Assembly (NCBI RefSeq): GCF_053078305.1
Contig: NZ_CP166879.1
Direction: 5' to 3' (one strand)
DNA length: 64,000 nucleotides
Shown here: positions 21,934 to 32,385 of the stretch, one piece after another
Layout of the letters: each line of letters starts with the position of its first letter
Numbering within the stretch: position 1 is the first letter of the stretch
Program-made: the position numbers and the translations under genes
The notes under the pieces: generated by a model
Database searches by the model: none
What the model saw: the letters and a program-made list of their open reading frames with translations, nothing else
What the model was told of the DNA's origin: nothing

Positions 21934-22647
21934 ATGGAAAAAGTCATGTTGTCCTTTGACAAAGTCAGCGCCCACTACGGCAAAATCCAGGCGCTGCATG
22001 AGGTGAGCCTGCATATCAATCAGGGCGAGATTGTCACGCTGATTGGCGCGAACGGGGCGGGGAAAACCACCTTGCTCGGCACGTTATGCGGCGATCCGCG
22101 CGCCACCAGCGGGCGAATTGTGTTTGATGATAAAGACATTACCGACTGGCAGACGGCGAAAATCATGCGCGAAGCGGTAGCGATTGTCCCGGAAGGGCGT
22201 CGCGTCTTCTCGCGGATGACGGTGGAAGAGAACCTGGCGATGGGCGGCTTTTTTGCCGAACGTGATCAGTTTCAGGAGCGCATAAAGTGGGTGTATGAGC
22301 TGTTTCCACGTCTTCATGAGCGTCGTGTTCAGCGGGCGGGCACCATGTCCGGCGGTGAACAGCAGATGCTGGCGATTGGTCGCGCGCTGATGAGCAACCC
22401 GCGTTTGTTGTTGCTTGATGAGCCATCGCTCGGTCTTGCGCCGATTATCATCCAGCAAATTTTCGACACCATCGAGCAGCTGCGCGAGCAGGGGATGACT
22501 ATCTTCCTCGTCGAGCAGAACGCCAACCAGGCGCTGAAGCTGGCGGATCGCGGCTACGTGCTGGAAAACGGCCATGTTGTGCTCTCCGATACCGGCGATG
22601 CGCTGCTGGCGAACGAAGCAGTGAGAAGTGCGTATTTAGGCGGGTAA
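21934..22647 (+). CDS. livF: Branched-chain amino acid ABC ATPase
   Basis: Trimmed to MEKVMLSFDKV giving 237 aa. Walker A GANGAGKTT, signature MSGGEQQM. Confidence 0.93.
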   Translation: MEKVMLSFDKVSAHYGKIQALHEVSLHINQGEIVTLIGANGAGKTTLLGTLCGDPRATSGRIVFDDKDITDWQTAKIMREAVAIVPEGRRVFSRMTVEENLAMGGFFAERDQFQERIKWVYELFPRLHERRVQRAGTMSGGEQQMLAIGRALMSNPRLLLLDEPSLGLAPIIIQQIFDTIEQLREQGMTIFLVEQNANQALKLADRGYVLENGHVVLSDTGDALLANEAVRSAYLGG

Positions 22648-22765
22648 ATTATCGAATACCCGGCGGCCACGTTCTGCCGGGCTCTTCGTCCGTATACAGA
22701 CTTGTTTCAACTGACCGGGAGGATTAAAACCAGACCACTTATTTGCCACGGAAAGGTTCCCTCCC

Positions 22766-23512
22766 ATGCATTATGCCGTTGTTGTCATGCTTGAACTGCT
22801 TTGCTGTATTCACGCTTACCGTACCGGACAAGAGCGGTACTGGATTTTTATCATTTTCTGTTTTCCGGTGATTGGCTGCGTGGCGTATTTCGTCATAGTG
22901 ATGCTGCCTGAAACGGGCGCTGACCGTCACGGGCATACTTTGCTGATGCGCCTGCAGAACAAACTCAACCCTGAGCGCCACCTGCGCAAATTAACCGAAG
23001 AACTGGCGATTGCCGAGACGAATCAAAACCATTATGCGTTGGCTAATGAACTGGCGCGTCTGGGGCGTTATCACGAAGCTGTTCCCCATTATCAGCAGGC
23101 GTTAAGCGGGATATTCGCCCATGAAGCGGCAATGATGCTAAGCCTGGCGCAGGCACAGTTTGCTATTCAGGAGTTCGCCGCCTGTCAGCAGACGCTGGAA
23201 GATGTGATGCGTTATAACCCTGATTTTCAGTCGGCAGACGGGCATTTGTTATTTGCCAGAACGTTAGCCGCACAAGAAAAATACGCTGATGCGGAAAGCG
23301 AGTTTGAAGTATTGATTTCTTATTACCCCGGCCCGCAGGCGCGTATTTACTATGCGGAAATGTTGGCGAAAATGAGTCGGTTACGTGAAGCCAACGAGCA
23401 GTATGTTGCTGTAGTTGATACGGCTAAACGCTCAAGACCTCATTATAGAAAACACCACCGGGAATGGATTAAGACCGCCAATGAACGGCTGAAGCAGAGT
23501 GTGGTGCAATGA
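22766..23512 (+). CDS. Hypothetical membrane-anchored protein: PLD-nuclease N-terminal-like two-helix anchor plus a TPR-like helical-repeat domain; accessory relative to K-12
   Basis: 248-aa ORF with its own RBS (GGAAAGG) and a downstream hairpin terminator. The N-terminus (CCIHAYRTGQERYWIFIIFCFPVIGCVAYFVIVMLPE) looks like a PLDc_N-type small membrane domain; the remainder is helical and alanine/leucine-rich. Confidence 0.6.
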   Translation: MHYAVVVMLELLCCIHAYRTGQERYWIFIIFCFPVIGCVAYFVIVMLPETGADRHGHTLLMRLQNKLNPERHLRKLTEELAIAETNQNHYALANELARLGRYHEAVPHYQQALSGIFAHEAAMMLSLAQAQFAIQEFAACQQTLEDVMRYNPDFQSADGHLLFARTLAAQEKYADAESEFEVLISYYPGPQARIYYAEMLAKMSRLREANEQYVAVVDTAKRSRPHYRKHHREWIKTANERLKQSVVQ

Positions 23513-23582
23513 AAATCTTCTTTGCCGTTAGACCAGTGTCGCGGCAATCTTTTGTTAAAATTGAAAAATGTAGCTCTCATCG

Positions 23583-23620
23583 GGCAGCAAAACTGGACGC
23601 AGAATTTGCTGCCATTTTTG
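23583..23620 (+). terminator. Hairpin terminator after the 22766-23512 gene
   Basis: GGCAGCAAA, loop, TTTGCTGCC, then ATTTTTG. Confidence 0.6.
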
Positions 23621-23871
23621 CTCTTCATGGTAAGGAGTTCTGGCGATTAGCTGGCCGTTAATCGCCTCTTTTCAGTGCATTCTCGGGATATCCGTGCCCC
23701 ATCTCCCATTTTCCCTCACCCGTACCGTCACCGCCTTGTCATCTTTCTGACACCTTACTATCTTACAAATGTAACAAAAAAGTTATTTTTCTGTAATTCG
23801 AGCATGTCATGTTACCCCGCGAGCATAAAACGCGTGAATTCGCGCATTCGGTACAACAAGAGAGATAAACG

Positions 23872-25188
23872 ATGAAACCGTTACATTATACAGCTTCAGC
23901 ACTGGCGCTCGGACTGGCGTTAATGGGGAATGCACAGGCAGTGACGACCATTCCGTTCTGGCATTCTATGGAAGGGGAACTGGGTAAAGAGGTGGATTCT
24001 CTGGCCCAACGTTTTAACGCCGAAAACCCGGATTACAAAATTGTACCGACCTATAAAGGCAACTACGAACAGAATTTAAGCGCGGGGATTGCCGCATTTC
24101 GTACCGGCAATGCTCCGGCTATTTTGCAGGTTTATGAAGTTGGCACCGCCACCATGATGGCGTCGAAAGCCATTAAACCGGTATATGACGTGTTTAAAGA
24201 GGCGGGGATTCAATTCGATGAGTCGCAGTTTGTGCCGACGGTTTCAGGTTACTATTCCGACAGCAAAACCGGCCACTTACTCTCCCAGCCGTTCAACAGC
24301 TCGACTCCCGTTCTCTATTACAACAAAGACGCCTTCAAGAAAGCGGGGTTAGACCCGGAACAACCGCCGAAAACCTGGCAGGATCTGGCGGACTATGCCG
24401 CAAAACTAAAAGCCTCCGGCATGAAGTGCGGCTACGCCAGCGGCTGGCAGGGCTGGATCCAACTGGAAAACTTTAGCGCCTGGAACGGTCTGCCGTTTGC
24501 CAGCAAAAACAACGGCTTTGACGGCACGGATGCGGTGCTGGAGTTCAACAAGCCGGAGCAGGTGAAACACATCGCCATGCTCGAAGAGATGAACAAGAAG
24601 GGCGATTTCAGCTACGTCGGGCGTAAGGATGAATCCACCGAGAAGTTCTATAACGGTGATTGCGCGATGACCACCGCCTCTTCCGGTTCTCTCGCTAATA
24701 TTCGTGAGTACGCCAAATTTAACTATGGCGTAGGCATGATGCCTTACGACGCCGATGCGAAAGATGCACCGCAAAACGCCATTATCGGCGGGGCCAGCCT
24801 GTGGGTGATGCAGGGCAAAGATAAAGAAACGTATACCGGCGTGGCGAAGTTCCTCGACTTCCTCGCTAAGCCAGAAAATGCTGCCGAGTGGCATCAGAAA
24901 ACTGGTTATCTGCCAATCACCAAAGCGGCGTATGACTTGACTCGTGAGCAGGGCTTTTATGAGAAAAACCCAGGGGCGGATACCGCGACGCGTCAGATGC
25001 TGAATAAGCCGCCGTTGCCGTTCACCAAAGGGCTGCGTCTGGGCAACATGCCGCAGATCCGCGTGATTGTGGATGAAGAGCTCGAGAGCGTGTGGACCGG
25101 CAAGAAGACGCCACAGCAGGCGCTGGATACCGCCGTTGAGCGTGGGAATCAGTTGCTGCGCCGTTTTGAGAAATCTACGAAGTCTTAA
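23872..25188 (+). CDS. ugpB: sn-Glycerol-3-phosphate periplasmic binding protein
   Basis: 438 aa with signal peptide. The upstream region carries pho-box-like TGTCAT repeats (CTTGTCATCTTTCTGACACC). Confidence 0.96.
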   Translation: MKPLHYTASALALGLALMGNAQAVTTIPFWHSMEGELGKEVDSLAQRFNAENPDYKIVPTYKGNYEQNLSAGIAAFRTGNAPAILQVYEVGTATMMASKAIKPVYDVFKEAGIQFDESQFVPTVSGYYSDSKTGHLLSQPFNSSTPVLYYNKDAFKKAGLDPEQPPKTWQDLADYAAKLKASGMKCGYASGWQGWIQLENFSAWNGLPFASKNNGFDGTDAVLEFNKPEQVKHIAMLEEMNKKGDFSYVGRKDESTEKFYNGDCAMTTASSGSLANIREYAKFNYGVGMMPYDADAKDAPQNAIIGGASLWVMQGKDKETYTGVAKFLDFLAKPENAAEWHQKTGYLPITKAAYDLTREQGFYEKNPGADTATRQMLNKPPLPFTKGLRLGNMPQIRVIVDEELESVWTGKKTPQQALDTAVERGNQLLRRFEKSTKS

Positions 25189-25194
25189 TCAGTG

Positions 25195-25270
25195 TAATGT
25201 CGGATGCGTTTCGCTTATCTGACCTGGCATCGCGTGTAGGCCGGATAAGCGAAGCGCATCCGGCACAGTT
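25195..25270. repeat. REP palindromic units between ugpB and ugpA
   Basis: ATGTCGGATGCGTTTCGCTTATCTGACC... and inverted TAGGCCGGATAAGCGAAGCGCATCCGGCA. Confidence 0.8.
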
Positions 25271-25285
25271 CAGGAATTAACCGTA

Positions 25286-26173
25286 ATGTCATCATCCCGT
25301 CCGGTGTTCCGCTCGCGCTGGCTGCCTTATCTGCTGGTCGCGCCGCAGCTCATCATCACCGTTATCTTTTTTATCTGGCCTGCGGGCGAAGCGTTGTGGT
25401 ACTCGCTGCAAAGCGTCGATCCGTTTGGTTTCTCCAGCCAGTTTGTCGGCCTGGATAACTTCGTCGCGCTGTTTCATGACAGCTACTATATCGACTCCTT
25501 CTGGACGACGATAAAATTCAGCACCTTTGTCACCGTCAGCGGTTTGCTGGTATCGCTGTTCTTTGCGGCGCTGGTGGAGTACATCGTGCGCGGCAGTCGT
25601 TTCTATCAAACCTTGATGCTGCTGCCGTATGCCGTGGCTCCCGCCGTTGCCGCCGTATTGTGGATATTTTTGTTTAACCCCGGTCGCGGGCTGATCACTC
25701 ATTTTCTCGCCGAGTTCGGCTACGACTGGAACCACGCGCAAAACAGCGGTCAGGCGATGTTTCTGGTGGTGTTTGCCTCGGTGTGGAAGCAAATCAGCTA
25801 CAACTTTCTGTTCTTCTATGCCGCGCTGCAATCCATTCCCCGTTCGTTGATTGAAGCCGCAGCCATTGATGGCGCAGGCCCGATTCGCCGCTTCTTTAAG
25901 ATTGCGCTACCGCTTATCGCTCCGGTGAGTTTCTTCCTGCTGGTAGTGAACCTGGTGTATGCCTTCTTCGACACCTTCCCGGTGATCGACGCCGCCACGT
26001 CCGGTGGGCCGGTGCAGGCCACCACGACGCTGATTTATAAGATCTACCGTGAAGGCTTTACCGGACTGGATCTGGCTTCGTCTGCCGCACAGTCGGTGGT
26101 GTTGATGTTCCTCGTCATCGTGCTGACGGTGGTGCAGTTCCGCTATGTTGAAAGCAAGGTGCGTTACCAATGA
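25286..26173 (+). CDS. ugpA: G3P ABC permease
   Basis: 295-aa membrane protein; operon position. Confidence 0.95.
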
Positions 26174-27015
26174 TTGAGAACCGTCCGTGGCTGACGATAT
26201 TCAGCCATACCATGCTGATCCTCGGGATCGCGGTGATCCTATTCCCGCTGTACGTGGCGTTTGTCGCGGCGACGCTGGATAAACAGGCCGTCTACGCCGC
26301 GCCGATGACGCTCATCCCCGGCACGCATCTGCTGGAAAACATCCACAACATCTGGGTAAACGGGGTAGGCACAAATAGTGCGCCGTTCTGGCGGATGTTG
26401 CTTAACAGCTTCGTGATGGCGTTCAGCATTACGCTCGGCAAAATTACCGTCTCGATGCTCTCGGCATTCGCCATTGTCTGGTTTCGTTTTCCGCTGCGTA
26501 ACCTCTTTTTCTGGATGATTTTTATCACCCTGATGTTGCCGGTTGAAGTACGTATCTTCCCGACGGTGGAAGTCATCGCCAACCTGAAGATGCTCGACAG
26601 CTACGCAGGTTTAACGCTGCCGCTGATGGCCTCGGCGACCGCGACGTTTCTTTTCCGCCAGTTCTTTATGACCCTACCGGATGAACTGGTGGAAGCCGCG
26701 CGGATCGACGGCGCATCGCCAATGCGCTTCTTTTGCGACATCGTTTTTCCGTTGTCCAAAACTAATCTGGCGGCGTTGTTTGTGATCACCTTTATTTACG
26801 GCTGGAACCAGTATTTGTGGCCGTTGTTGATTATTACCGACGTGGATCTCGGCACCACCGTGGCAGGGATCAAAGGGATGATCGCCACTGGCGAAGGCAC
26901 CACAGAATGGAACTCAGTGATGGCGGCGATGTTGTTAACCCTGATCCCACCAGTAGTGATTGTTTTAGTGATGCAGCGTGCCTTCGTGCGCGGCCTGGTC
27001 GATAGTGAGAAATAA
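26170..27015 (+). CDS. ugpE: G3P ABC permease
   Basis: 281-aa membrane protein; 4-bp overlap with ugpA. Confidence 0.95.
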
Positions 27016-27016
27016 G

Positions 27017-28087
27017 ATGGCAGGACTGAAATTACAGGCAGTAACCAAAAGCTGGGATGGCAAAACCCAGGTGATTAAACCGCTGACCCTTGATGTGGCG
27101 GATGGCGAATTTATCGTGATGGTCGGGCCGTCAGGCTGCGGGAAATCGACGCTGCTGCGCATGGTTGCCGGGCTGGAGCGGGTGACGGAAGGCGATATCT
27201 GGATCAACGACCAGCGGGTGACCGAAATGGAGCCGAAAGATCGCGGGATTGCGATGGTGTTCCAGAACTACGCGCTTTATCCGCATATGAGTGTTGAAGA
27301 AAACATGGCGTGGGGGCTGAAAATTCGCGGCATGGGCAAGCAGCAAATTGCCGAGCGCGTTAAAGAGGCGGCGCGCATTCTGGAACTGGACGGTCTGCTT
27401 AAGCGCCGCCCGCGCGAGCTTTCCGGCGGTCAGCGTCAGCGTGTGGCGATGGGCCGCGCGATTGTGCGCGATCCGGCGGTGTTCCTGTTTGATGAGCCAC
27501 TCTCTAACCTCGATGCCAAGCTGCGCGTACAGATGCGTCTTGAACTGCAACAGCTGCACCGTCGCCTGAAAACGACATCACTCTACGTTACTCACGATCA
27601 GGTTGAGGCGATGACCCTCGCCCAGCGAGTAATGGTGATGAACGGCGGCGTTGCCGAACAGATTGGCACACCAGTAGAAGTCTACGAAAAGCCCGCCAGC
27701 CTGTTTGTGGCGAGTTTTATTGGCAGCCCGGCGATGAATCTGCTGACAGGCCGCGTGAATAACGAAGGCACGCATTTCGAACTGGACGGCGGTATTGTGC
27801 TAACGCTAAACGGTGGCTACCGTCAGTATGCCGGGCGTAAAATGACTCTCGGCATTCGCCCGGAACATATTGCGCTAAGCTCGCAGGCAGAAGGTGGCGT
27901 TCCGCTGGTGATGGATACGCTGGAGATCCTCGGCGCAGATAACCTGGCGCACGGACGCTGGGGCGAACAGAAGCTGGTGGTGCGACTGGCGCATCAGGAG
28001 CGCCCGACGGCAGGCAGCACGCTGTGGCTGCATCTGGCGGAAAATCAGCTGCATCTTTTTGATGGTGAAACAGGACAACGAGTATGA
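27017..28087 (+). CDS. ugpC: G3P ABC ATPase
   Basis: Trimmed to [15 protein letters not shown] giving 356 aa. Walker [10 protein letters not shown], signature LSGGQRQR. Confidence 0.93.
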   Translation: MAGLKLQAVTKSWDGKTQVIKPLTLDVADGEFIVMVGPSGCGKSTLLRMVAGLERVTEGDIWINDQRVTEMEPKDRGIAMVFQNYALYPHMSVEENMAWGLKIRGMGKQQIAERVKEAARILELDGLLKRRPRELSGGQRQRVAMGRAIVRDPAVFLFDEPLSNLDAKLRVQMRLELQQLHRRLKTTSLYVTHDQVEAMTLAQRVMVMNGGVAEQIGTPVEVYEKPASLFVASFIGSPAMNLLTGRVNNEGTHFELDGGIVLTLNGGYRQYAGRKMTLGIRPEHIALSSQAEGGVPLVMDTLEILGADNLAHGRWGEQKLVVRLAHQERPTAGSTLWLHLAENQLHLFDGETGQRV

Positions 28088-28827
28088 GTAACTGGCCTTA
28101 TCCCCGCATCGTCGCACATCGTGGCGGCGGTAAGCTGGCCCCGGAAAACACCCTGGCAGCAATCGATGTGGGAGCAAAATACGGTCATAAGATGATCGAA
28201 TTTGACGCGAAGTTGTCGAAAGATGGCGAAATCTTCCTGCTCCATGACGACAATCTCGAACGTACCAGCAACGGCTGGGGCGTCGCGGGTGAACTGAACT
28301 GGCAGGATTTACTACGTGTGGATGCAGGCAGTTGGTACGGCAAAGCGTTTAAAGGTGAGCCGCTGCCGTTGCTTTCGCAGGTGGCGGAACGCTGTCGCGA
28401 ACATGGGATGATGGCGAATATCGAAATCAAACCCACCACTGGCACCGGGCCATTAACGGGCAAAATGGTGGCGCTGGCGGCACGCGAACTGTGGGCCGGT
28501 ATGACGCCGCCGCTACTGTCATCGTTTGAGATTGATGCTTTAGAAGCCGCACAACAGGCAGTACCAGAACTGCCGCGCGGTTTGTTGCTGGATGAGTGGC
28601 GCGACGACTGGCGAGAACTGACCGCGCGGCTGGGCTGCGTCTCTATTCATCTCAATTATAAATTGCTTGATAAAGCACGAGTGATGCAGTTGAAAGACGC
28701 CGGATTACGGATTCTGGTTTATACCGTCAATAAACCCCAGCGCGCGGCAGAGTTGCTGCGCTGGGGCGTGGATTGCATCTGTACCGATGCGATTGATGTG
28801 ATTGGTCCGAACTTTACGGCCCAATAG
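28084..28827 (+). CDS. ugpQ: Glycerophosphodiester phosphodiesterase
   Basis: 247 aa with the GDPD-family HRGG motif ([15 protein letters not shown]). Confidence 0.95.
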   Translation: MSNWPYPRIVAHRGGGKLAPENTLAAIDVGAKYGHKMIEFDAKLSKDGEIFLLHDDNLERTSNGWGVAGELNWQDLLRVDAGSWYGKAFKGEPLPLLSQVAERCREHGMMANIEIKPTTGTGPLTGKMVALAARELWAGMTPPLLSSFEIDALEAAQQAVPELPRGLLLDEWRDDWRELTARLGCVSIHLNYKLLDKARVMQLKDAGLRILVYTVNKPQRAAELLRWGVDCICTDAIDVIGPNFTAQ

Positions 28828-29254
28828 TTTTCAACGGTATATCAGGCTGCGGCGTGCCGGGCTGATTCAGCATGTCGCCGTTTCTCCTCTCCGGCAACAT
28901 ATGCTGCTGATTCAACGAACTATCCGGATTACGGTTGCTGTTTAACATCCCGCCATTGGTGTTGGGCAGCATTTGCTGCCGGGCGGGATTTCGCTCCCCC
29001 GGCTGTGACTGCAACACCCGCTGAGAATTATTGTTTATCTGGTTTTCTAAATGCTGTTGTTGCAACTGAGTTTGCGTTTTCAGTTGCTGATTCAGCATCC
29101 CTTTTTGCTGGATTTGCTGCGTTTGCATCTGGGTTTGCATCCGCTGCTGACTGGGGATCTGATACCCCGGCTGGTTAGGGTTGTTCAGAGTATTAATGGG
29201 CTGTGCAAAGCCGACAAACGGCAGGAGTGCCGTAAGAATCAGAAGTCGTTTCAT
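28814..29254 (-). CDS. yhhA: Secreted Q/N-rich low-complexity protein
   Basis: 146 aa with a signal peptide then a Gln/Asn-rich repeat region; convergent with and overlapping the ugpQ 3' end. Confidence 0.85.
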   Translation of the reverse strand: MKRLLILTALLPFVGFAQPINTLNNPNQPGYQIPSQQRMQTQMQTQQIQQKGMLNQQLKTQTQLQQQHLENQINNNSQRVLQSQPGERNPARQQMLPNTNGGMLNSNRNPDSSLNQQHMLPERRNGDMLNQPGTPQPDIPLKTIGP

Positions 29255-29373
29255 CGCGTATCCTCCTCTGAAGATATTCTTTAAGTTTACTCCTTTCCTG
29301 CAATCATCAGGATTAATTCAGAGTTATATACCAGGCTTAGCTGGGGTTGCCCCTTAATCTCTGGAGAATAACG

Positions 29374-31119
29374 ATGATAAAACCGACGTTTTTACGCCGG
29401 GTGGCCATTGCTACTCTGTTCACAGGAAGTTGTTTTAGTACGGTAGCCGCGCCACCTGCGCCGTCTCCTGTTTCTTACGGCGTGGAGGAAGATGTCTTTC
29501 ATCCGGTACGCGCGAAACAGGGGATGGTGGCATCTGTAGATGCTACTGCCACTCAGGTGGGGGTGGATATCCTCAAGGAGGGCGGGAATGCCGTTGATGC
29601 CGCCGTGGCGGTGGGCTACGCGCTGGCGGTAACGCATCCGCAGGCGGGGAATCTGGGCGGCGGTGGTTTTATGTTAATCCGCTCGAAAAATGGCAATACC
29701 ACCGCTATCGATTTCCGCGAAATGGCACCCGCCAAAGCGACCCGCGATATGTTCCTTGATGATCAGGGTAACCCGGACAGCAAAAAATCACTCACTTCGC
29801 ATCTGGCTTCCGGCACGCCCGGTACGGTCGCTGGTTTCTCGCTGGCGTTGGATAAATACGGCACAATGCCGTTGAACAAAGTGGTGCAGCCAGCGTTTAA
29901 ACTGGCACGCGATGGTTTTATCGTTAACGACGCGCTGGCTGACGATCTCAAAACCTACGGGAGCGAAGTGCTGCCGAATCACGAAAACAGCAAGGCTATC
30001 TTCTGGAAAGAGGGCGAGCCGCTGAAAAAGGGCGACAAGCTGGTGCAGGCGAACCTGGCAAAGAGCCTGGAGATGATTGCCGAAAACGGCCCGGACGAAT
30101 TCTACAAAGGCACGATAGCGGAACAGATTGCCCATGAGATGCAGAAAAACGGTGGCCTGATCACTAAAGAAGATTTAGCGGCGTATAAAGCGGTCGAACG
30201 CACACCGATAAGCGGCGATTATCGCGGGTATCAGGTTTACTCCATGCCACCGCCATCCTCCGGTGGGATTCATATCGTGCAGATCCTCAATATTCTGGAA
30301 AACTTCGATATGAAGAAATACGGCTTTGGCAGTGCCGATGCGATGCAAATCATGGCAGAGGCTGAGAAATACGCCTACGCCGACCGCTCGGAATATCTTG
30401 GCGACCCGGATTTTGTGAAAGTCCCGTGGCAGGCGCTGACCAATAAAGCCTATGCCAAATCTATTGCCGAGCAAATCGATATCAATAAAGCGAAACCGTC
30501 CAGCGAGATTCGCCCTGGCAAGCTTGCGCCTTATGAGAGTAATCAAACTACCCATTACTCAGTGGTGGATAAAGACGGTAACGCCGTGGCGGTGACCTAT
30601 ACGCTGAACACCACCTTCGGTACGGGTATTGTCGCGGGCGAGAGCGGTATTTTGCTCAATAACCAAATGGATGATTTCTCTGCCAAACCGGGCGTACCGA
30701 ACGTTTACGGGCTGGTGGGCGGTGATGCCAACGCCGTCGGGCCGAACAAACGCCCGCTGTCGTCGATGTCGCCGACTATTGTGGTGAAAGACGGTAAAAC
30801 CTGGCTGGTCACCGGTAGCCCTGGCGGGAGCCGGATCATCACTACAGTGCTTCAAATGGTGGTGAATAGCATCGATTATGGCATGAACGTCGCCGAAGCG
30901 ACCAATGCGCCGCGTTTCCACCATCAATGGTTGCCGGACGAGCTGCGTGTCGAAAAAGGATTTAGCCCGGATACGCTCAAGCTGCTGGAAGCAAAAGGTC
31001 AGAAAGTGGCGCTGAAAGAGGCGATGGGCAGTACACAAAGCATTATGGTTGGGCCGGACGGTGAGTTGTACGGCGCATCCGACCCGCGCTCGGTGGATGA
31101 TTTAACTGCGGGGTATTAA
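29374..31119 (+). CDS. ggt: Gamma-glutamyltranspeptidase
   Basis: Trimmed to MIKPTFLRRVAIA giving 580 aa. Autoprocessing Thr in the TTHYSVVD context. Confidence 0.96.
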   Translation: MIKPTFLRRVAIATLFTGSCFSTVAAPPAPSPVSYGVEEDVFHPVRAKQGMVASVDATATQVGVDILKEGGNAVDAAVAVGYALAVTHPQAGNLGGGGFMLIRSKNGNTTAIDFREMAPAKATRDMFLDDQGNPDSKKSLTSHLASGTPGTVAGFSLALDKYGTMPLNKVVQPAFKLARDGFIVNDALADDLKTYGSEVLPNHENSKAIFWKEGEPLKKGDKLVQANLAKSLEMIAENGPDEFYKGTIAEQIAHEMQKNGGLITKEDLAAYKAVERTPISGDYRGYQVYSMPPPSSGGIHIVQILNILENFDMKKYGFGSADAMQIMAEAEKYAYADRSEYLGDPDFVKVPWQALTNKAYAKSIAEQIDINKAKPSSEIRPGKLAPYESNQTTHYSVVDKDGNAVAVTYTLNTTFGTGIVAGESGILLNNQMDDFSAKPGVPNVYGLVGGDANAVGPNKRPLSSMSPTIVVKDGKTWLVTGSPGGSRIITTVLQMVVNSIDYGMNVAEATNAPRFHHQWLPDELRVEKGFSPDTLKLLEAKGQKVALKEAMGSTQSIMVGPDGELYGASDPRSVDDLTAGY

Positions 31120-31127
31120 GGTTAGCG

Positions 31128-31156
31128 GCCCTCTTCGTGGGAAGAGGGCTATTTTG
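31128..31156. terminator. Bidirectional hairpin terminator between convergent ggt and yrhB
   Basis: GCCCTCTTC, loop GTGG, GAAGAGGGC, flanked by T/A runs. Confidence 0.75.
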
Positions 31157-31441
31157 TCAGGGCAAGCCGAAGGCAGCTTTTTTTATTTCGTAATCCTGTA
31201 GATATTCTTCCAGCGGCTTTGCCGTTCCCAGAGAATGAATTTCACCACTGTCTTTATCAATAATAAAAGGTGCGTTACCAGCTAAGCGCGCGGCCTCATC
31301 TCCAGTTTCGAGAAATTCTCGTGCTTCGAAACAGAAATACCAGCCCTGGCTAAAGCGTCCATGTAGAGTAATGACGACCGGGAGATCTGCATCATCAAGG
31401 TAATGGTTCGCTTTCGCGAATGCGTCGTGATAAGTAATCAT
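31157..31441 (-). CDS. yrhB: Small protein YrhB
   Basis: 94-aa ORF in the conserved position next to ggt. Confidence 0.8.
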   Translation of the reverse strand: MITYHDAFAKANHYLDDADLPVVITLHGRFSQGWYFCFEAREFLETGDEAARLAGNAPFIIDKDSGEIHSLGTAKPLEEYLQDYEIKKAAFGLP

Positions 31442-31890
31442 AATTATAATAAATATTATTGTTGAGTGTTATATTATTGTTCCTGTGTGATACATTGAGC
31501 AAAGGCGCGTTCATCTTCGTCAAAGATATTATTAAATGCTGGTTTTGAAAAAAGTTCATCGGATAAGATATAGTCACGAAATAAGTATCTGCTAATATTT
31601 TGTGATTTCTTTTTCAGAACGTCGAACGGAATTTTCTTATTTAAGATATCAGAATCTTATGATTCGGGTAAAATTCTAAATAAATCAACATGTCACTAAA
31701 ATCATCATAGCCATTAGCTATTTCGGCTAAAATAGAGACTACATGTCTTCGGTCCATCTCACTTAAGGAGTGTAGTTCCGTTGTAAGTTTTTCCATAGCT
31801 TGCATTGCTAAATTTCGAACAAGGAATTTTCTGGTGGTAATCTCTAAAAAGATGGCATGGTTTACAATGATTTTTGTTTCCTTTTGATTA

Positions 31891-32385
31891 TTATGAACAA
31901 CTGTCCATGATTTCGTTTAAGAATGAAGAGAAATCACTAAACGAACTGAATATATTTTCTGTGCCAATATTATCTCTAATTTCAAAAAAGTTACTTTTAA
32001 TGTCATAAGTAAATATTGAAATGCTATCATCCCCGATCACTAACCGTTCTTGTAGATCAGGGTTTATGAAATCATCATTATTTCTATAAAATTCATTTAC
32101 GGCAAAAAGGTTTTTAACTGAAGGTTCTGGAATCGAGAGGCTAAATAATCGTAATCCATTAACTTCGAATCCATCCATTGCTCTTAAAAAAGTAAGATAA
32201 TCAGGTTGATTCTTAAAAAGAATACTAACTTCATTACATAACTTCTCCAGGCAATTAGTTGAATTAGAATTAAATTCTATTTGGATTATACTTTCAATAA
32301 ATGATTCCTTGAGCGGTGCTTCAAATGGATAGTCTAAATCATTCATCATTTTTATTAATTTGTTTATTTGGGTTTTAGTCATCAT
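31891..32385 (-). CDS. yrhA: Putative immunity protein for the upstream Hcp-HNH toxin (intact yrhA-like gene)
   Basis: 164-aa acidic protein whose start sits in an ATGATGA overlap with the yhhZ stop, indicating translational coupling. AT-rich. Calling it the intact counterpart of the K-12 yrhA pseudogene is from memory. Confidence 0.65.
   Translation of the reverse strand: MMTKTQINKLIKMMNDLDYPFEAPLKESFIESIIQIEFNSNSTNCLEKLCNEVSILFKNQPDYLTFLRAMDGFEVNGLRLFSLSIPEPSVKNLFAVNEFYRNNDDFINPDLQERLVIGDDSISIFTYDIKSNFFEIRDNIGTENIFSSFSDFSSFLNEIMDSCS

Noticed and set aside
28814-29254. Gln/Asn-rich low-complexity repeats
   Set aside because: Native feature of the secreted YhhA protein in its conserved position, not a mobile or CRISPR-type repeat.
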